Virus record (IMG/VR): IMGVR_UViG_3300007539_009079
Length of the DNA: 64,000 nt
Strand: one strand, 5' to 3'
Origin: an uncultured virus (IMG/VR IMGVR_UViG_3300007539_009079)
Taxonomy: Duplodnaviria; Heunggongvirae; Uroviricota; Caudoviricetes
Shown piece by piece: positions 19,433 to 29,706 of the stretch. The position numbers and the translations under genes were made by a program. Numbering within the stretch: the first letter of the stretch is position 1; each line of letters starts with the position of its first letter. The notes beneath the pieces were generated by a model. That model did not search any database. It was not told where the DNA came from and saw only the letters and a program-made list of their open reading frames with translations.

Positions 19433-20625
19433 TAGTAGATGAACACAATTATGATTTAAATAATAAAATTAATATCAATAAAATAAATGATAATTTAGTA
19501 TTAATTTCATTGAGAGAGAGTTGTAATCTGTGGCCAGTATCATCAAAAGAGAAAAAATTTTTTTATGATTTTTTTGATAGAAATAGAAATAATAAAATAA
19601 AAATTATTTTTATATTTGCTGAATTAAATGCGAAAAATAGGATTTTAAAATTTAATGAATTATTGGGTATAAAGAATAATTTTGAAGTTTTTGTTTTTCC
19701 TTTTTATTTGGTTGAGAATTTTTGGTTTGATTATTTTTTCAATGAGTTGATAAATGATTGTCAAAATATAAAAAAAACAAAGACTTGTAATTGTTTAGTT
19801 GCGGAACCTAGAATTTATAGATTAATGTTTTTATCTGAATTTTATAAGAATCAGAATTTTCAATATACTTTTTTACCCCATTATACTTTAAATAATTCCA
19901 ATTTTAATGATGTAATCACTCCAAAATTACCTTATGAGTGGAGAAATAGCGAATTGAAATTTTTATATAATAAGCATAGCAGTTGTTATTTTAATATAGG
20001 TTCTACCTCAAAATTAAGTTACGATTTAATGTATGATAATGGTTTTTCTCCTTTAAAGGAAATTAAAACTCTTACAGAATTTGACTTTTTACCTATTACT
20101 AGTTATAATGATTTAAGTTTAGAAGAGATGCAGAAAATAGAATCTGAACAGACGGAAAAAGATAGATATGGCCTTACATTTTTTGTTCCCAAAGAAACAT
20201 TTGAAACTTTTTTTGATGTAAATTTAGAATCTTATATAGAAAATACTATTTTTATTACTGAAAAAACTTTTAAATGTTTAGCATTTAAAAGACCATTTAT
20301 AACATTTGGTCCTGCTTTTTTTAGCAGATCTTTGAAAAAACTTGGATTTGAACTGTACGAAGAATTTTTTGATTATAATTTTGATTTAGTGGAAAATGTA
20401 AAAAGTAGATTTGATTTGTTTGTACTAGAAATAAAACGATTATTAAATTTGCGTCATGATGAATTGCAAAAAAAATTAGATAGTGTTCAAGAAAAGTTAG
20501 AATATAATAGAAAATTTTTAAAAACAAAAATATCAGAAAAAAATATTTTACAAAATTTAATAGACAACGATTCAATAAAAACTGAAAAATTGGAATTTTT
20601 GAAAAAATATGATAGTATTTTCTAA
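19429..20625 (+). CDS. Hypothetical protein, 'TEKT' glycosyltransferase-like paralog 1
   Basis: VNLES...FITEKTFK....KRPFI..G......LKKLGFELY...FDY.FD; paralog of 25590. Confidence 0.55.
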   Translation: MIVDEHNYDLNNKININKINDNLVLISLRESCNLWPVSSKEKKFFYDFFDRNRNNKIKIIFIFAELNAKNRILKFNELLGIKNNFEVFVFPFYLVENFWFDYFFNELINDCQNIKKTKTCNCLVAEPRIYRLMFLSEFYKNQNFQYTFLPHYTLNNSNFNDVITPKLPYEWRNSELKFLYNKHSSCYFNIGSTSKLSYDLMYDNGFSPLKEIKTLTEFDFLPITSYNDLSLEEMQKIESEQTEKDRYGLTFFVPKETFETFFDVNLESYIENTIFITEKTFKCLAFKRPFITFGPAFFSRSLKKLGFELYEEFFDYNFDLVENVKSRFDLFVLEIKRLLNLRHDELQKKLDSVQEKLEYNRKFLKTKISEKNILQNLIDNDSIKTEKLEFLKKYDSIF

Positions 20626-21625
20626 TAATGAATGGTCTCAACTTGAAGAAATTATTGTTGGTAGAGCAACTAATGCTTTGATACCTTATGCTGACAATTC
20701 TGTCAGAAATTTTATGTATGCCAGAATGGAATTGCAGGATATACAAAAATTTGTAGGTCCATATGATGAAAAAATTATTAATGAAACTAATGAGGATTTG
20801 GAAGCATTATGTGAAAAATTACTTGAATTGAAAATTAAAGTTCATAGACCAGAAATTCATAATCATCATGATCAAATTAAAACAACTGATTGGGTTACCA
20901 CAGGATGGGCAAATTATTGCCCAAGAGATGTATTATTAATTGTTGATGATAAAATAGTAGAAGTTCCTTCACCGATGAGAAGTAGAATTTTTGAAACTCA
21001 TTCCTATCATAAAATTTTATATAAAGCATTTGAAAATGGGGCAAAATGGTTTTCTGCTCCTAGACCAAGAATTTTGGATAAGGAATTTCAATTTGATGAT
21101 TTGAATAAACCTACATTAAATGATGGAGAAATATTATTTGATGCTGCCAATATTGTTAGATTAGGTAATACGTTATTATATCAAAAAAGTAATAGTGGAA
21201 ATATAACTGGTTATAACTGGTTGTGTTCAATGTTTGAGGAAAAAAATATTATTTTGGAAGAAAAGGCATATTCTGGCGCACATATGGACAGTACTATAAT
21301 ACCATTAAGAGAAGGTTTAGTTTTACTCAATGGAAATAGAGTAACTGAAGACAGATATCCTAAAATCTTTAAAGATTGGGAAAAAATATTTTTTGAAGAA
21401 ATAATTGATGCAGATTTTTATGAAAATGGCATATCTTCTAATGCTATCGCTTTAAATTTATTGAGTATCAATGAGAATTTAGTCATTTTAGATGAAAAGC
21501 AAAAGCCATTAATCAACAAACTGAAAAAATACAAGATAGAGAGTATTCCTATGAGATTAAGACATTCGAGAACTTTGGGTGGAGGATTTCATTGTGTTAC
21601 TTTGGACTTAAAACGAAAAAAATGA
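20609..21625 (+). CDS. Amidinotransferase (glycine/inosamine-phosphate family)
   Basis: NEW..LEEIIVG, YCPRD, FDAAN (Asp), HMDST (His), LGGGFHCVTLD (Cys). Confidence 0.92.
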   Translation: MIVFSNNEWSQLEEIIVGRATNALIPYADNSVRNFMYARMELQDIQKFVGPYDEKIINETNEDLEALCEKLLELKIKVHRPEIHNHHDQIKTTDWVTTGWANYCPRDVLLIVDDKIVEVPSPMRSRIFETHSYHKILYKAFENGAKWFSAPRPRILDKEFQFDDLNKPTLNDGEILFDAANIVRLGNTLLYQKSNSGNITGYNWLCSMFEEKNIILEEKAYSGAHMDSTIIPLREGLVLLNGNRVTEDRYPKIFKDWEKIFFEEIIDADFYENGISSNAIALNLLSINENLVILDEKQKPLINKLKKYKIESIPMRLRHSRTLGGGFHCVTLDLKRKK

Positions 21626-23430
21626 AAAAAATTGCGTTTTTAGAACTTTCTCATGTTTTTACAAATCAGGTGAAATTACCATATTCCACGGGTTGTGTCT
21701 GGAGTTATTGCAGGAAAGATGAAATAATAAAAAATAATTATTCCTTTGATGTTAAAGATTGGTATTTTATATTAGATGAAAATTTTGATATTGATGATAC
21801 AGTTGAAAAAATTAAGAATCATGATGTGATAGGAGTTTCATATTTTGTTTGGAATACAGAAGTTAGTGATGAAATTTGTAGAAAAGTCAAAGACTTAAAC
21901 CCGAATGCATTTATAATTTATGGGGGCCTAGGAACTCCGAGAGTTGGTTTTTGTGAAGAATTCATACAAAAAAGACCTTTCATAGATGTAATAGTTCATT
22001 ATGAGGGAGAAGTAGTATTTAAAAATTTGTTAAAAGCATTAATCAATGATGATGATCTAAAAAATGTTAGGGGAATTACTACAAAAGATTTTCATACAGG
22101 ATTAGAAAACAGAATAACAGATATTGCATCAATGCCATCTCCTTATTTGGATGGTTTATTTGATGAATTGGTTGAAATAACAGATATGCCTTATAAATTT
22201 GAGGCATTAATTGAACCAGAAAGAGGTTGTCCATATACGTGTGCATTTTGTGAAGTTGGTGATAGGTTTTGGACAAGAGTTATAAAACAGAATTACGATA
22301 AAAATATAAATGAAATTAATTGGGTTTCGGATAAGAAAATTGATTATTTACATTTGATAGATAACAATTTTGGAATGTATAAAGAACACAAGGTGTTATC
22401 TGATTTTCTAATTGATAAATTGAAAACTACTGGATATCCTAATGCATTGAATATAACTTGGGCAAAGCATAAAAAACCTTATCTTTTTGATATTGCCGAG
22501 GATTTATGGAAAGTAGGTTTGAATAAAAGTGTAACAATTGCCTTACAATCCATGAACAATGAAACTTTAAAATCTGTAAGAAGAGCGAATGAGAATACAA
22601 ATTTAAAAGAAGTTGTGGAACATTTGAAAGAAAGAGGTATGCCAGCATATATTGAAACGATATTAGGCCTGCCTGGAGAAACTCTTCAAAGTTTCAAGAA
22701 TGGTTTATTTCGTTTAATTGATGATATTGATTATCATAATTATATAGGAATTTATGTAATGGTCGCATTGCCTAATACTCCATTTGGAGATCCTGAATAC
22801 TTAAAAAAGTATGGCGTTGAAATAAAGCAAACTTCACCTGCATTTTTTCATCATGAACATCCTCCTGAAAAATTATTGAAGGACGTTAATAACGTTGTTG
22901 TTGGTTCAAACGTTATGTCTTTTGATGATTATATCAAAGCAACTGGTTGGAAATGGTTTATGATATCTCTTCATTTTTTAGGCTGGTTGAGAATTTTATC
23001 TATTAAATTAAAGTCGAAGCATGGTATTTTGCATAAAATTTTTTACACCAAGTTATTCGATTGGTTTCAGAAAAATAAGAATACATTATTATATGAGGAA
23101 TATCATTTAACTTTAGATCTATTAAAAAAAGTTTTTGATAGAAAAATACCTTGGGGACGGCAAATGAAAGATGTTTCTAATATATACTGGGAATATGAGG
23201 AAGCAACTTCAATTAGAATTGCAATGGAAAAGAATAGATTCTATTCTGAGATTGAAAAATTTCTGCGAGATGAATTTTTTTTAAACGAAAAAAAAATCAT
23301 AAATTTACAATACAATAAAATGAAAGATCCTTATAAAGTTTATAATGGTGATTTGGAAAAATGGGCCAGAGAGTGTATTTGGTGGGGTAGAAGAGCGGAA
23401 AGATTTTTTGTTGGAGAATTCATAAATTAA
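21622..23430 (+). CDS. Cobalamin-binding radical SAM protein (class B-like)
   Basis: N-terminal LPYS.G, S.FVWN, YGG, EGE, SPYL.G; RGCPYTCAFC; ALQS; ILGLPGET. Confidence 0.9.
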   Translation: MKKIAFLELSHVFTNQVKLPYSTGCVWSYCRKDEIIKNNYSFDVKDWYFILDENFDIDDTVEKIKNHDVIGVSYFVWNTEVSDEICRKVKDLNPNAFIIYGGLGTPRVGFCEEFIQKRPFIDVIVHYEGEVVFKNLLKALINDDDLKNVRGITTKDFHTGLENRITDIASMPSPYLDGLFDELVEITDMPYKFEALIEPERGCPYTCAFCEVGDRFWTRVIKQNYDKNINEINWVSDKKIDYLHLIDNNFGMYKEHKVLSDFLIDKLKTTGYPNALNITWAKHKKPYLFDIAEDLWKVGLNKSVTIALQSMNNETLKSVRRANENTNLKEVVEHLKERGMPAYIETILGLPGETLQSFKNGLFRLIDDIDYHNYIGIYVMVALPNTPFGDPEYLKKYGVEIKQTSPAFFHHEHPPEKLLKDVNNVVVGSNVMSFDDYIKATGWKWFMISLHFLGWLRILSIKLKSKHGILHKIFYTKLFDWFQKNKNTLLYEEYHLTLDLLKKVFDRKIPWGRQMKDVSNIYWEYEEATSIRIAMEKNRFYSEIEKFLRDEFFLNEKKIINLQYNKMKDPYKVYNGDLEKWARECIWWGRRAERFFVGEFIN

Positions 23431-23437
23431 TTTATGT

Positions 23438-23445
23438 TATAAATA
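23438..23445 (+). promoter_or_regulatory. Possible T4-type late promoter TATAAATA
   Basis: Exact TATAAATA in one of the few intergenic gaps, 40 nt before ATG 23485; could be chance in AT-rich DNA. Confidence 0.4.
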
Positions 23446-23484
23446 TAGATAAAAATTTGTTAATAAAAAATAGTAGTAAGTTTT

Positions 23485-24090
23485 ATGTTTTATTATAACA
23501 ATTTCTTAGATGAACAAGTATCTTATGATATTTTAAAAGAATTGGATCAAATAAAAGATTGGAATAATTTCCATAGAAACAACAGTCACATGAAAGAGTT
23601 TTATGGAGATTTTGAACTATTGAATACTATAAGAATTAAACTGCACTCTAAAAAATTTATTAATTGGTTAGAGAAGGAAATTCAAATTGAAGGTTTAGTG
23701 GTAGATTCACATGGAGTTGGAGAAGGTGTTTCATTAATGGAATCTGGAGATTTATTGGATCCTCATATTGATTTTAATTGGAACGATAGAATAAAAATGT
23801 ATCGTGCGGTTAACCTACTAGTATATTTGGGAAATAGTCAAGGAGGTGAATTTCAAATTTGGGATGAAGAAAAGAAAAACGTAATTTTTGAAAAAGAACC
23901 AAAACATAACTCTGCAGTTATATTTAAACACAGTGAGAATAATTCTCATGGAGTCAAGCCAGTAAAATCAGGAAATCGTTTTTCAATTAGACAATTTTAT
24001 TATAAGAGTGAAAATATTTGTTCTAATGCACACCAATCTCTTTATTGGTATAATCCAAACAAGAAAATGAAGACCAACAGTAATGTATAG
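23485..24090 (+). CDS. 2OG-Fe(II) oxygenase
   Basis: L.PHIDFN, RAVNLLVYL, GGEF.IWD, SHGV, RFS. Confidence 0.88.
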   Translation: MFYYNNFLDEQVSYDILKELDQIKDWNNFHRNNSHMKEFYGDFELLNTIRIKLHSKKFINWLEKEIQIEGLVVDSHGVGEGVSLMESGDLLDPHIDFNWNDRIKMYRAVNLLVYLGNSQGGEFQIWDEEKKNVIFEKEPKHNSAVIFKHSENNSHGVKPVKSGNRFSIRQFYYKSENICSNAHQSLYWYNPNKKMKTNSNV

Positions 24091-24817
24091 AATATTTGAC
24101 TATGATGTAAATTTATTTTCTTTTAAAAAAATTATTGAAAATATTTTGCAATGTGAAGTGGAAAAATTACATAAAAAATATAAATTTGATAATGAATTAT
24201 GTGATTTTACCGGAGGAAATATTAATAACGTTATAAAAAGAAATGATGATAAAATAAATGTATTTTATTTTACAGAAAAATTATATCCTCAGATTTTAAC
24301 TAATTCTCTTTTCATCAGGACCTGGAACAAATTTTCAAATTATATTAAACATTCGATTTTCAATGGAGAGAAAATTTATATTCAAAAAACTCCATCTATT
24401 AGAATTTTTCCTTCTGAATCAAAATTAAAATACGTTACAAAAACATCTAAAATATTTGATCGTGAAAATAATTGGCACATAGATAATGACGAACCTTTTT
24501 GGCATCCGTTGTTTGAAAAAAATATGTGGATGAGTTTAGTAAAAACTGATAAAGACAATTCATTATACATTGAGAATGATAATATAATTAAACCTTTACT
24601 GATGGACAACGGACAATTATTAATGTTTGATAGTGTATATCACGGTGCATTTGTACATAATAGGTCAATAAATACAAGAATGACGATGGATTTTAAAGTT
24701 GTTCCTCTAAGTCAATATGATATTAATATATTAACAAATAAAATTATCAAAAAAAGGGGTAAATATTTTAAACAATCTGATTGGTATTCTGAAAAATTTT
24801 ACTATAAGATAATATGA
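24083..24817 (+). CDS. 2OG-Fe(II) oxygenase-like protein (StrG-like)
   Basis: Q..PSIR, WHID...H...E.N.W, HG...N....TR.TMDF. Confidence 0.7.
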   Translation: MYRIFDYDVNLFSFKKIIENILQCEVEKLHKKYKFDNELCDFTGGNINNVIKRNDDKINVFYFTEKLYPQILTNSLFIRTWNKFSNYIKHSIFNGEKIYIQKTPSIRIFPSESKLKYVTKTSKIFDRENNWHIDNDEPFWHPLFEKNMWMSLVKTDKDNSLYIENDNIIKPLLMDNGQLLMFDSVYHGAFVHNRSINTRMTMDFKVVPLSQYDINILTNKIIKKRGKYFKQSDWYSEKFYYKII

Positions 24818-25593
24818 CAATTTATTTATTTGGTGATAGTTTTGTTGATAATGAACCTGCTGAATTTTTAAATGTCCGCAATCATAAAAGATGGTATGAA
24901 TTTTTGAAAGAAAACTGCAATGAAGAAGTTATGAATTATGGCAAATGTGGAACCGGCCAAATTTATACAATGAATAAGTTTTTAGATTTTTATGAGAATT
25001 TTAAATTTAAACCCAATGATAAGTTTGTTATTGTTCTATCATCTCCATATAGAATTCCTTGGAAATGGAGTAAAAAAATAGGAGATGATGCGGCAATTTA
25101 TAAATCATTTTTCAATGAAGATGAAAATTTTAAAGGTATAAATTTTACTGAAAATCAAAAATATGCATTAAAATTTTTTTATGAAACAATGCATGATGAT
25201 TTGGCAAGATCTACTGTTAAAAATATTTTTTTATTAAAAAATATATCATCAAATAATAATTGGAAAATGATGGTTTTTACAGTATATCCCATTAACATGA
25301 ATCCTTATCAAAAAAAATATAATGAGCATGTTTATAATTTAAAAAATATTAATAATGAATTATTTCACTTATATGATACTCCTTTATATGTTCATTCTTG
25401 TAATGAATGGTTGAAATTATCTGAAATAGATGAGGGTATGATAAATCATTTTTCGGAAAAAAATCATGTTATTATTTCTAATATAATAACTAATCATTTT
25501 TTAAAAACCAAATATTATGATAAATTTTATGAAAAAATCATTAAAAAGACAATTTCAAAACCTAAACAAATTAAAGAGTTTATCTACATATGA
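24814..25593 (+). CDS. SGNH/GDSL-like protein, paralog 2
   Basis: LFGDSF, NYGKCGTG, NHFSEKNH; ends EFIYI. Confidence 0.65.
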   Translation: MTIYLFGDSFVDNEPAEFLNVRNHKRWYEFLKENCNEEVMNYGKCGTGQIYTMNKFLDFYENFKFKPNDKFVIVLSSPYRIPWKWSKKIGDDAAIYKSFFNEDENFKGINFTENQKYALKFFYETMHDDLARSTVKNIFLLKNISSNNNWKMMVFTVYPINMNPYQKKYNEHVYNLKNINNELFHLYDTPLYVHSCNEWLKLSEIDEGMINHFSEKNHVIISNIITNHFLKTKYYDKFYEKIIKKTISKPKQIKEFIYI

Positions 25594-26789
25594 AAGTTTT
25601 AAATTTAATCACAGATGTTGGCAGAGAAAAACGTATAAATCTTAATGAAATTTTAAAAAATTTACATAAGTATGATGATTTAATAGTGGTAGAGGTATTA
25701 GAAACTGAGCAATTATATCCTTTGGATAGCGACTATTCTGATAGATATAAAACTTTTTTAAAACTACACGAATCCTTAGAAGAGCATAAAGGACAAATAT
25801 TCTATTTATGTTCAGATTTAAACATACATGAAAGATATAAGAAATGGTGTGATATTGTTAAACCTTCTAAAAAATTTAATATGATAACTTCTATTTTTAG
25901 TTGCGGTTTTCCTGTTAAAAATAAAATTCACCAAGAGATTGATAAAAAATACAATTTTTGTTTTTTATGCCTTAAGTCTAAAATCATCAGAACAATGTTA
26001 ATAGATTGTTTTTTTAAAAATGAAAAGTTTATATATTCTTTGGCGCCTTTTATGGATGATATGAATGTAGAAAATCCAAAAACACCCATAATTCCTTTTC
26101 AATGGGATGAAAAAAATGAAAGTATTAAATGTGTAACAATAAAGAATAATAATCAATTAAATTATGAATATGTATATTTAAATGATGAATTTGAATGTAA
26201 AAATATATTTTATCCGAATGGACTACTATTGAATCAAAATTCTAAAAAATTGACTGAAATTAAGTCAGAATATGACGATTTGATTAAAGATCCTTTTAAA
26301 ATTGATCGAGTTTTATATCCATTGGAATGTTATCAATCTTGCTGTGATATTGTTGTGGAAAGTTATTCTACAGGTGATTCAGTTTTCTTTACCGAAAAGA
26401 CATGGAAGGAAATTAGTCAAAAAAGACCATTTATAATGTTAGGTGCTAAACGGCAAAATTATTTCTTAAAAAAAATAGGTTTTGAATTGTATGATGATGT
26501 TTTTGATTATTCTTTCGATGATATGCAAACTGATAAAAGAATTGAAACTTTTATTAATCAGATTCATCAATTTTTAAAATTAGATGTGAAAGAATTTGAT
26601 GAAATTTTAAGTGAAAAAAATATTTTAGAAAAAATTGAGTACAATAATGAATTATTGAAATCTAAATTAGTAGATAATCGAAATTTGAGAAAAATTACAC
26701 GATGTAAAAGTCTAGAATTAGATACATTGGATGATAAATATGCAATTGGATTGATAGATTTTTATATGAAAAGGCAAATTTATGTTTGA
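25590..26789 (+). CDS. Hypothetical protein, 'TEKT' glycosyltransferase-like paralog 2
   Basis: IVVES...FFTEKTWK....KRPFIMLG......LKKIGFELYDDVFDYSFD. Confidence 0.55.
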   Translation: MKVLNLITDVGREKRINLNEILKNLHKYDDLIVVEVLETEQLYPLDSDYSDRYKTFLKLHESLEEHKGQIFYLCSDLNIHERYKKWCDIVKPSKKFNMITSIFSCGFPVKNKIHQEIDKKYNFCFLCLKSKIIRTMLIDCFFKNEKFIYSLAPFMDDMNVENPKTPIIPFQWDEKNESIKCVTIKNNNQLNYEYVYLNDEFECKNIFYPNGLLLNQNSKKLTEIKSEYDDLIKDPFKIDRVLYPLECYQSCCDIVVESYSTGDSVFFTEKTWKEISQKRPFIMLGAKRQNYFLKKIGFELYDDVFDYSFDDMQTDKRIETFINQIHQFLKLDVKEFDEILSEKNILEKIEYNNELLKSKLVDNRNLRKITRCKSLELDTLDDKYAIGLIDFYMKRQIYV

Positions 26790-27369
26790 GTATGTGGATC
26801 AATTTGAGAATGAAGTGGCCAAATATACTGGATCTAAATATGCAGTTGCGACCGATTGTTGCACACATGCTATCTTTATTTCATTGTTATGGGAAATTCA
26901 AAATGAAAAAATACATGCGGTATGTTGTCCTTCACAAACATATGTCAGTATTCCGCAGACTATAAGACATTTAGGACTGGATATAACGTATTTAGATGAG
27001 AAGTGGATAGGTTTTTATAAATTGTATAATTCAAGTGTTGTTGATTCTGCATGTCTTTTCACATCTAACATGTATGAGAGTAAAACCAAATGGTGTGTCT
27101 CATTTCATCACAGAAAAACACTGTCTACTGTAAGAGGCGGAATGATATTGAATGATGATTATGAATTTACTCAATGGGCTAAAAAAATGGTACATGATGG
27201 AAGAGATAGAAATTTAATGATGAAAGACGATGATCCAATTTTGTGTGGATATCATTATTATATGACACCTGAAACCGCTATTTTGGGATTAGAAAACTTG
27301 AAAAAAATCAATGATAATAATTCTGCTACAGCATCTTGGGAAAATTATAAAAGAGTTACGCATATATGA
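26782..27369 (+). CDS. Short DegT/DnrJ/EryC1/StrS PLP aminotransferase
   Basis: FE..VA.YTG.KYAVATDCCTHA, P..TYVS, DSA, SFHHRK (PLP Lys), GGMIL, G.HY.M. Confidence 0.85.
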   Translation: MFEYVDQFENEVAKYTGSKYAVATDCCTHAIFISLLWEIQNEKIHAVCCPSQTYVSIPQTIRHLGLDITYLDEKWIGFYKLYNSSVVDSACLFTSNMYESKTKWCVSFHHRKTLSTVRGGMILNDDYEFTQWAKKMVHDGRDRNLMMKDDDPILCGYHYYMTPETAILGLENLKKINDNNSATASWENYKRVTHI

Positions 27370-28766
27370 TTAGTTGGGGCATAACTTCAGGATCTCATGA
27401 CGGAGCAATAGCGGTATTTGAAAATAATAATCTGATTTTTGCCACTGATGCTGAAAGATTTTCTAGAGTAAAAAATGATAAAGAAATATCTGATAAATTG
27501 ATTAATTTTGTTACCAAAAAATGGGGAAAACCTGATAAAATATATTTTTATGAAAATCCAGAATTAAAGGCAGAAAGAAGATTTTTTTCTGGGCAAGAAA
27601 AATCGATACAAATTAAAAAACCTTTAATCTCAAAAATAAAAGAACCTATTTATGTCGAACATCACTTGTCACATGCCTCATATGGGTACTATACTAGTTA
27701 TTTTGATGAGTGTTTGATTCTTGTTATAGACGCAATTGGGGAATGGGATACACTTACTTTATGGTATGTAAATAGTGAATTAAATTTTAAAAAATTGAAG
27801 AATTGGAAATATCCTAAATCATTGGGGTTATTGTACTCAGCATGTACTCAATCGGCTGGTTGGAAACCCAATGAAGAAGAATATATAATGATGGGCGCAT
27901 CTTCAATATATGAAAAAGATAATAATTTGGTCGACTATCTTGAAAATCTTTGGAATGAAAACTTTAATTTTCATCAAGGAATTGATTTAGATTTTATTGA
28001 TAAAATATCAATTCCTGCTTCAGTCCAATTTTTATATGAAAAAATTTTTTCAGAAATCATTGAAGAAGTTATAAGACATGATTTGTATAATGGTAATTTG
28101 ATATTTTGTGGTGGATGTGCATTGAATGTTAAGGCGAATAGATTTTTGAGTAAAATAGATAATGTTTATATACCGTGTAATCCTGGGGATGGAGGTTCTT
28201 CCATTGGATGTGTTTTATATCATATGAAAAATAAAATCAATCCTACGCCATATCTTGGATATGATATTTCTGGAGATTATCCTATAGATCAGATTATTCA
28301 AAATTTGTTGAATGATTCAATAATAGGTGTCGCTAAAGGCAAGGCTGAGTTTGGCCCGAGAGCATTGGGAAATAGATCAATTTTTGCTGATCCTAGAGTA
28401 AAGAATATAAAAGATTTATTAAACGAAATTAAAGGCAGAGAATTTTTTAGACCTTTTGGTGCGATGATATTGAAAGAAGATGTTGATGAATGGTATATAG
28501 ATCATGGCGTAAACAGTCCATACATGAATAGTATTTTTTATGCGAAAGATAAGACTGTTGAAGCATTTTCATCATTAGTTCATAATGATAATTCAACAAG
28601 ATTGCAAATAATAGATAATGAGCATAATTTAAGAGAACTATTGATGAAGTGGAAAAGCATAACAAATTGTCCTATGATTATCAATACTTCTTTAAATATC
28701 AAAGGTATGCCTTTAATTAATGATGAAGATGATGTTAAACAATTTAAAAATATTAAAATTTTATAG
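27366..28766 (+). CDS. Carbamoyltransferase (NodU/CmcH/TobZ family)
   Basis: HDGA, ERFSR.KND, HHLSHA, VIDAIGE, SLGLLY, EY..MG, GGCALN..AN, PGDGG, EFGPRALGNRS, RE.FRPF, NTSLN. Confidence 0.95.
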   Translation: MISWGITSGSHDGAIAVFENNNLIFATDAERFSRVKNDKEISDKLINFVTKKWGKPDKIYFYENPELKAERRFFSGQEKSIQIKKPLISKIKEPIYVEHHLSHASYGYYTSYFDECLILVIDAIGEWDTLTLWYVNSELNFKKLKNWKYPKSLGLLYSACTQSAGWKPNEEEYIMMGASSIYEKDNNLVDYLENLWNENFNFHQGIDLDFIDKISIPASVQFLYEKIFSEIIEEVIRHDLYNGNLIFCGGCALNVKANRFLSKIDNVYIPCNPGDGGSSIGCVLYHMKNKINPTPYLGYDISGDYPIDQIIQNLLNDSIIGVAKGKAEFGPRALGNRSIFADPRVKNIKDLLNEIKGREFFRPFGAMILKEDVDEWYIDHGVNSPYMNSIFYAKDKTVEAFSSLVHNDNSTRLQIIDNEHNLRELLMKWKSITNCPMIINTSLNIKGMPLINDEDDVKQFKNIKIL

Positions 28767-28778
28767 AAAAGAGATTCG

Positions 28779-29249
28779 ATGATTAGAAAAATTGGCACAT
28801 TTGATTCCGAAAAAATTTTAAAAGAAATAAATTCTTTGAATGTATCGTATAAGCAACATAATCAATTTTGTTTACAAGGTGTAGAAAAAAATTCAGATCC
28901 TTTATATGGTGCGAGAAAAATTACTGAAATGAATCACGATGAAAATGATTTTAAAAAATTTTTATTTGAAATTCCTTATACAAATTTTTTATTGGAGGAA
29001 TTTCAATTAGTAAGATCTAGAGTTATGAATGTAGAGAAAAAAAGTTGTTTAAGTTATCACAAAGACCCAAGTGATAGAGTTCATTTTCCTCTTATTACAA
29101 ATGATGATGTTTTTTATGTTATAGAAGATAAAGTTTTTAGAATGAATGAAAAAAATGTAATATATTTGCTACCATCAACAAAAAAACATACAATTGTTAA
29201 TGCTTCAACAAAAGATAGACTTCATCTTGTAGGTGTCGTACCTTATTAA
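28779..29249 (+). CDS. Small Fe(II)/2OG oxygenase (Asp/Asn beta-hydroxylase-like)
   Basis: RSRVM, LSYHKD...RVHFPLITN, HT.VN....R.HLVG. Confidence 0.75.
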   Translation: MIRKIGTFDSEKILKEINSLNVSYKQHNQFCLQGVEKNSDPLYGARKITEMNHDENDFKKFLFEIPYTNFLLEEFQLVRSRVMNVEKKSCLSYHKDPSDRVHFPLITNDDVFYVIEDKVFRMNEKNVIYLLPSTKKHTIVNASTKDRLHLVGVVPY

Positions 29250-29706
29250 ATATATGCCTAAATTTGAAAAGCCTAAGATTTTAGATAAAGATAATTTAAT
29301 TCAGGTTCACGAATTTTGCATTAAGTGTAAAAAATTAGGGTATATTAACAATTCTTCTTTTGAGAAAATGAAATGGGATGATGCTATTTGGTTTGGTCAC
29401 TTTTTAAATGACAGAATAGTTTCTTTGAGTGGAGTACAAGAATTTATGGATGGTCATAGAATAATGTTTAGAGGAGCGACTTTGCCCGGTTTTTCTAATA
29501 AAATTTTAAGTATTCCTCAGGGAGAAGAGCAGATGAAATATATTGGAAAATCAAATTTTTATTTTACATTAAATTGTGACGATGCTTATGGATCAAAGAG
29601 TAATAGATTGAGAAGAATTATAAATGCAGGTAAGGGTTGGCCAGGATGTGTTTATGTTAAAACAGATGTAATATATGGGGTTAAACAAGAAATATGGAAA
29701 GTATGA
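29233..29706 (+). CDS. Hypothetical protein (possible GNAT fold), copy 1
   Basis: GY.NN.S...MKW, SLSGV, RIMFRGATLPG, Q..WK end; near-duplicate of 30886. Confidence 0.6.
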   Translation: MSYLIKYMPKFEKPKILDKDNLIQVHEFCIKCKKLGYINNSSFEKMKWDDAIWFGHFLNDRIVSLSGVQEFMDGHRIMFRGATLPGFSNKILSIPQGEEQMKYIGKSNFYFTLNCDDAYGSKSNRLRRIINAGKGWPGCVYVKTDVIYGVKQEIWKV

